From Apirhabdus apintestini (GTDB lineage Bacteria; Pseudomonadota; Gammaproteobacteria; Enterobacterales; Enterobacteriaceae), in NCBI GenBank assembly GCA_033977085.1, contig CP138906.1:4321487-4345486 (forward strand): 24,000 nucleotides of DNA, read 5' to 3'. A program made the position numbers and the translations under genes. The first letter of the stretch is position 1, and each line of letters opens with the position of its first letter. Under the pieces are notes generated by a model, which was given only the letters and a program-made list of their open reading frames with translations, was not told the DNA's origin and did not search any database. This document shows, piece after piece, positions 18,347-24,000 of this stretch.

Positions 18347-18612
18347 ATGTTAGGCTTTATTCTTTTAGGGGCCGGTGCATTATTTATTTTTCTGACAAAA
18401 GGCTACTTCTTTTTCCGGCTTATCACGTAAAAAGGTTGATTGTATTTAGCTGCATAGCAAGCGTAGCCATAACCTTGGCAACAATAGTTTTCAATCTGAT
18501 AGATAAGCGTAAAGCCCGCAAATCTCCCCTTCCGATCCAAAGTAATCTGTTAATCCCGGCCCTCAAAATCCGGGATTTTTACGTCATCACATTGTTTCAC
18601 ATTATTTATTAA
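18347..18612 (+). pseudogene. Candidate CdiI-o2: a small two-TM protein reconstructed across one presumed T-run indel (18410-18414)
   Basis: ATG 18347 gives MLGFILLGAGALFIFLTKGYFFF.. (TM1) with a stop at 18428. The -1 frame is open and gives ..KRLIVFSCIASVAITLATIVFNLIDKRKARKS.. (TM2). The region is AT-rich and lies 22 nt after the CT3 stop. The 3' end is uncertain because the frame runs through the terminator hairpin to 18612. Confidence 0.3.
18552..18581 (+). terminator. Rho-independent terminator closing the CDI array
   Basis: AATCCCGG-10 nt-CCGGGATT followed by TTT. Its sequence is homologous to the terminator at 16524-16553. Confidence 0.65.
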
Positions 18613-18661
18613 GCAACCTTGCCCTGGCTACATAAACACACCAGGGGCCGTTGATTGCTGA

Positions 18662-19553
18662 CTACAGAGTGCCGGTGCCTCCGTCGGAGCACCATACCGG
18701 CCGGAGGAATAACTATTTTCGCTGGAAGCCATGGTGACATAGATTGCCGCGATTTCCGCAGGCTGGCCCGGGCGACCAAGCGGTGCAGAGGCGCCAAATT
18801 GCATGACTTTTTCCTGAGGCTGGCCGCCGCTGGTTTGTAGCGCTGTCCAGTAGGGGCCGGGCGCGATGGCATTAACGCGGATACCCTCTTCGCCCAACTG
18901 TTTTGCCAGCGCTTTAGTGAAAGCGACAATGCTGGCTTTGGTCTGGGCGTAATCCAGTAGGATGGCGCTGGGGTTATAGGCCTGTACCGAGGTGGTATTA
19001 ATTATCGAAGCGCCGCGCGGCAAATATTCCATTGCGGTGCGGGTTATCCAGAACATTGCATAGACGTTGGTTTTAAACGTCGCATCGAAATCCTCGGTGC
19101 TGAGGGTGCGAATGGATTTGTTAAACTGTTGCCGGCCCGCATTATTGACCAGAATATCTAAGCCATTTAGCTGGTGTGCGGCATTATTAACAAGCTGCTG
19201 ACAAAAGGATTCTGAGCGGATGTCCCCGGCAATGCGACCGCTTTCCGGCCTTCAGCTTCGATAAGTTTTATCACTTCCGCTGCGTCGCGCTCTTCTTCCG
19301 GCAAATAGTTAATCGCGATGTCTGCGCCTTCACGTGCGTACGCTATGGCCACTGCGCGGCCTATACCAGAGTCTCCGCCGGTAATCAGCGCTTTGCGACC
19401 AGCCAGGCGGCCTGAACCCCGGTAGCTGCTTTCCCCGTGATCGGGCACCGGCTGCATTTTGCTGGCAAGCCCGGGCCAGGGCTGCAATTGTTCTGAAAAT
19501 GGCGGCATGGGGTAATTTGTGGAGAGGATGCCCTTCTTCTGTGAATCTGACAT
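18662..19553 (-). pseudogene. SDR-family oxidoreductase (YghA/YdaD-like), with two single-base frame lesions as assembled
   Basis: MSDSQKKG.. begins at ATG 19553-19551, with AGGAG 5 nt upstream. It carries [30 protein letters not shown] (TGxxxGIG) and continues in ORF 18628-19056 with ..NNAG..., YAQTKA (YxxxK) and IRVNAIAPGPYWT. The first lesion is at C4 19224-19227 (expected LPGDIRSE). The second is at CCGG 18697-18700, where restoring CAG gives ..SGQVWCSDGGTGTL* with a stop at 18662-18664. Confidence 0.85.
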
Positions 19554-19852
19554 GAAAGCTCCTTTTTGCATTAATGACACGGTTAAGCCTGGCATAAATG
19601 CGCTGTTTGTCGCGCAATGCCGGTGAGAAAATCTAATGACGGCGGTTGGCGGGCGGGATTAAAAAGGATAAAAGTGCGCAGGTGGCCAGGGCGATGGCAT
19701 TACTCAAAAGGCCATGGCGATGGTGGAGTACAGAGGTGGTTAACCAGGAATAGGCGGCTAAGCGAAACGCCACTCCTGAGCAGAATAATCGCTTAATTGG
19801 GCCAGTATAAAGAACGTTCTCAGAACTGCCGCGATGCCGCCAAAAACAGAAG

Positions 19853-19874
19853 AGCGCCTGATTGGACAGGCGCT
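19853..19874 (-). terminator. Terminator hairpin downstream of the autotransporter gene
   Basis: AGCGCCTG-attgga-CAGGCGCT lies 12 nt after the stop. On the minus strand it is followed by cttctgTTTTTgg. Confidence 0.55.
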
Positions 19875-19885
19875 ATCTTGCAGGG

Positions 19886-22800
19886 TTACCAGCTATATTT
19901 AATGCCCAGCATTGCTTCCGTATTGCTGTAGCCTTTATCCCCTATTTGCTGCCCGACATTGCCCCACGCCGTAAGATTGCGCGATAGCTGTCCTTCCACG
20001 CCGGTTTTAATTTCGCCTATATTGCGTGCGCCATCCTGCACCTGGCGTACTTCGTTGAGTTGTGCGCTCCAGTTACGGGTGTTATGAAGCCAGTTAGCTT
20101 CAATAAAGGGTTGAAATTCCCGTACCTTACCGTTATCCAGTGCGCTATGGCCTTTCAGGAACAGGCGGGCGCCAAGGCGAGTCTGGATATTACCGTCGCC
20201 GTCGCTGCTTACCCGGGTGCCGTTTCGCTCGGTGTGATTATCTGCCTTTACACCCATCCAGGTTACCCGGCCCTGCGGCTGGATGTATACCGAATTTAAC
20301 GTTTGTTTGCTGCCGTTAAATTCGCCCACTTTCCAAGTATATCCGCTTTCCAGCGAGGCGATAAAGCCTTTTGCGTCATACGTTTCTTCAGACAAACCTT
20401 CGCCATTAACGTGATTTTTAAACCAATTGTACTGTGCCCAACCGTCTACATAGAGGCCGGTTTTTCAGCGTCGTTGGCGTACCAGGTGCCATACAGACCT
20501 GCGCTATAGCCATTAACCTCGCCTTTCGATGAATAGCCCGTTGTGCTGGAGCGGGTGTGGCTGTGGTTATTACCATAACCGCCCATAATGCCCAAGTGCC
20601 CACGATTGAGGCCATTGCTGCTCCACTGGGCGATATCGCCGCCCAGCATGACGACATATTGATTACTGGTTGTTTTCAGCGCGCCGCTTCCATCGCGCCA
20701 GCCGTTATGAGTGCCAACCTGGCGTAACCACAGTGAGGTGGCTCTACGTTCCCCGGTCAGTGCGTCCGTATATTGTGTTTCGCCAAGTCTGTCATGCAGG
20801 CGCGTGATAAACATTGAATTAGCCGCCGCCAGGTTTGCGATATAACTTGCAGATTCCGGGCGAATCATTACATCGCTCGGGTTAGGCGGTGTATCTGGGT
20901 CCGTGGGGTCCGTCGGGTCTGTAGGATCGGTTGGGTCTGTAGGATCGACGGGAGCGACTCTTCGATTAGTTAAATACCAGTTGCTGCTATTATCGCCCGT
21001 GCCGCGCCCCAACCGGTAATCATATGCGCCTGCGACAATACGGCCATCCTGAAGAAAGTTGCCTGCGGAGTTGCCGGCGATATTAATCAGTTCTATGCCG
21101 TTGAGCGTTCTGGCGCCACTGCCGCCTGCGTTAGTCACGCTGACATAAGTGGTACCGCTAGTGTCGCCTTTGACCGTCATGTGGTCGGTGGCTGAATTAT
21201 CATCGCCTAACGCGGTGTTGAACGCGATTTTTCCACCGTTCCCGGCGTAGTTGCCGTTAACGGTGAGCGTGTTGCCTGGCAGGGTATTTTCGCCGACCTG
21301 GCCGACCTGAATGCGTCCGCTATTTGTCAGGTTGCCGCCAATAGTGAGCGTATCGTGGGAGGCTACTGCGAGCGGTGTTATCCTGGCAACCGCAGATGGT
21401 GGTATTGAAGGATCCTACAGGTTCTGGCTACCGACCTGCAGCATGCTTTTGTTGTCTACGTCGCCGGTGACAGTACCATTACCCGCCAGTACGCCGTCAT
21501 CAATATTGACTAATGAGGTGGCGAGCGTTAGCGGATTGTCGCGGCTACCGAAAATCAGCCCGCCCTGATAGATATCTGTGCGACCTGTGTAGCCAACATT
21601 GGCGTCGCTGAGTGTCACGATGCCCGCGCCTTCTTTCCAGAGGTTTCCTGTGCCAGTAACGCTATTTTTTAACGCCCAGTCGCCGTAGGTGGAAAGCACT
21701 AACGTACCTTCGTCGTGGATTGTAGAAGTTCCAAGATGTTTTGCTTCCCTGGCCGTCAGCTTACTGTCTTTATCAATATTGAATGTACCGCTGAACTGGC
21801 TGTTATCGCCTGCAAGCGTTGTTTGTGTGGCGTTAAGATTAACTTCGCCGCTGTTACTCAAACGATTATTAAGGATACCGCTTGCCTGATTTAAGTTAAG
21901 CTGCCCGGCGTTGTCGATACCGCCGCTTCCCAGACCGGACGCGCTGTCCAAATTAATGATAGCGCCGTCATGAATGGCAGTGTTTGCCTTAAGTGTCTGA
22001 TTTTCCCCGTTGATATCCAACGTTCCCGTATTGAGCGTGAGCCGACCGGCGCCGGTCAGGCCTCCGTTTATAACCCCACCCCGGTCTACGGTCAGACTAC
22101 CGCCATGAATATCAATTTTGGATTTTTCTGCGGTTTCAACGCGTCCTACGCTTTGGGTATGACCGTTCATATCCAGCGTTGTATCACTGGCCATTTTGAG
22201 CAGTGATGTATTACCAAGGACACGATCGTTGCTCATCAGCAGGTTGCCGCTGCGTACAATGGTTACGCCAGTATAATCATTATCTTTGTTTGAGAGTGAT
22301 ACCGTATTGCCGGTGCTGTCGATAGCGAGATCGCCGCTGCCTGTGACTTTCGCGCTGAGATCTGCCGCAGCGCCGCTGGCTGTGCCATCGGCGCTCAGGC
22401 GCAGGGCGTTATCATCGCTGCCTTTCAGGTCAACCTGTTTAAGGGCATAGGCAACATATAAGCCATCCTGATTTTCGCCAGAGGAGAGACGCCAGTCCCG
22501 GTACCTTCGGCGACGGAATTTCCGTCCTGAATAATATCTTTAGTTACGCCATTGCTGATAACGCTGCCATCGCCGTCCACCAGCGTCAGGCTGCCGCCGC
22601 CGCCGGTGACTTTGTCGTCCGTGCCGGCCAGTTTAATCGTAGTGTTGGCATCGTCCTGGGAAAGTAGCGGGACATCGCCAGCTGGCGTAGGTCTATCGTT
22701 CAGAGCATTGCCGACGTTTACTTTGACCGTGCCACTGCCGCTTAAATCCAGATTTTTAGCGGTTTGAAGGGTATTGCTGGCCCGAGTATTGCCCGGTGCG

Positions 22801-24000
22801 ACGCTGCCAAAATCAACGGTTCCGCCATCGAATGCCAGGCCGCCGATATGCTGTTCGCCTGAGCCGACGGTGGTAATACTGTCTTTTCCTGCTTGTAGCG
22901 TTGCATCGGTGAGCGCCTGAGTATTACGTCCGCTCAGGTCGAGCGTACCGTTGCCCAGCGCCAGGGTGCCGGCAAATTTATCTCCAGCGTTGTTATCAGT
23001 AAAGTTGAATGCTTTGCCACCGGTGTCGGTACTGAGTGTGCCGGTGCCGCTCAGATGGCTCTTAAAGGCGACTGCGTCGTCGTTTTTTATCGCCAGAGTA
23101 CTGTTGGCGTCGATGTTATAACCCGTATTGGCGTTGTCGTTTTTCGCGTCACCGAGCGCCAGTAAATTGTGGTCAAGCGTCAGGGTGGAACCGTTAGTTA
23201 GGTTGATATGTTCAAGGCCAGCCAGAAGATTAGCATCGCTATGAACATATTCGCTGTTGTCCATATTCAGGGTGTCGTTGCCGGCTCCCCGTCAATCGTA
23301 GGTGATGAAGCGGTGGTAGTCGCATCCAGATTTTTAAGTTCGATAAGATCGTTATCGCCCTCCATCTGAATTGCGCCTTGAATAGTGCCGCCATTTTCCC
23401 AGTGGAAAAGGTCGTCACCGTTGCTCATTTTAATATCACCTTTAACGGTACCGCCGGTAATAGTCACGCTGTCGGTGCCGCCGCTGACGCTGATATTACC
23501 GCCAATAGTACTGTTACCGCTGATGATAATGGTATCGTCGCCAAAGCCGGTAACAAGGTTACCGACGATTTCGCCGCCGGACATATCGAAAATATTATTT
23601 TCGAGTTTCATGTTGACGCGGCCGATTTTACCGCCGGTCATTTTGGCAACATCGCCGTCTTCAAACGCGCCGGTAATGGTGCCACCGCTCATTGTAAAGG
23701 TATCGCGACCGTCGCCTTGTTCGAGGGCACCGAGCGTTCCGCCGCTCATTATAAAGTCATCAATCCCATTCCCTGGGAGAGTGTTCCGGTAATGCGACCG
23801 TTACGAATGTCGGCTTTGTCCACGCCGTCGCCCTGTGCGATGTCGCCATTGATAGTTCCGTCGGTCACCAGCAGAGTATCGTTACCGCTGCCGAAAGTGA
23901 CGGCATTGCCGCTACCGGGAGTAATATTGCCGCTGTTGTTTAGCGTATTGCTACCGTTACCCTGGAATACTATGCCAGGGCCGGAAGTGCCCGTAATGGT
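19886..24000 (-). pseudogene. AIDA-I/Ag43-type (type Va) autotransporter adhesin. The 5' end lies beyond the window. It is broken by four 1-base lesions and one in-frame TAG as assembled.
   Basis: The C-terminus reads ..GLYVDGWAQYNWFKNHV...GYSNTEAMLGIKYSW* (beta-barrel, terminal aromatic). A (PTD)5 Pro-rich linker is present. The junction region reads TLTVNGNYAGNGGKIAFNTALGDDNSATDHMTVKGDTSGTTYVSVTNAGGSGA..GIELI. The passenger is made of G/N/T/D-rich beta-helix repeats, including repeated D.F.MSGG.I.G units. The pieces are 19886-20395, 20446-21180, 21181-21414 (open, same frame), 21415-22236, 22425-23264, 23267-23749 and 23750-24000. Confidence 0.85.
20896..20946 (-). repeat. Imperfect 9-bp tandem repeat encoding D(PTD)5P in the autotransporter linker
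   Basis: gggtccgtg gggtccgtc gggtctgta ggatcggtt gggtctgta ggatc on the + strand. Codon usage varies between units. Confidence 0.8.

Noticed and set aside
18609-19617. Track ORFs 18609-18929(-) and 19330-19617(-) as separate genes
   Set aside because: They are out-of-frame shadows of the SDR gene. The SDR motifs (TGxxxGIG, NNAG, YxxxK) lie in the other frames, which join after two single-base corrections.
19600-19850. Possible small hydrophobic minus-strand ORF between the SDR gene and the autotransporter terminator (..[46 protein letters not shown])
   Set aside because: It is under 50 codons, has no convincing start or RBS, and resembles no family I recognise. It may be a remnant, but the support is too weak.
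2033-24000. Reading the homopolymer frameshifts as phase-variable contingency switches or programmed frameshifting
   Set aside because: The runs are short (3-7 nt). The lesions are scattered over unrelated genes on both strands, including a housekeeping-type SDR. Several are at CCWGG rather than in runs. No slippery heptamer/pseudoknot context was seen.

Overview
This window looks like an Enterobacteriaceae-type accessory region. A contact-dependent growth inhibition (CDI, two-partner secretion) locus fills the + strand. It starts with cdiB (302-1973) and a ~10 kb cdiA (2033-12118). cdiA ends in a VENN-delimited toxin (CT1), followed by an AT-rich putative immunity ORF. A stacked 'orphan' array follows. 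It holds a 5'-truncated cdiA copy (12827-16151) that repeats 2.6 kb of cdiA almost exactly up to VENN and then carries a different toxin (CT2) with an Imm8-like immunity gene. Next come a 105-bp cdiA scrap, an intact parD/parE-type TA pair with its own promoter, and a third VENN-CT (glycine-zipper, membrane-toxin-like) with a tiny 2-TM ORF. Convergent symE-like gene remnants sit after cdiI-1 and cdiI-o1, each cut off by the next cdiA fragment. On the - strand are an SDR oxidoreductase (18662-19553) and an AIDA/Ag43-type autotransporter (19886 to beyond 24000). There is one major caveat. About two dozen single-base frame lesions break cdiB, cdiA, the SDR gene, the autotransporter and several small ORFs. 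They cluster at CCWGG (Dcm) motifs and short homopolymers, and three are proven by comparison with the internal paralogous copy. This looks more like a long-read consensus artefact than real decay. No rRNA, tRNA, CRISPR array or IS/transposase was seen.
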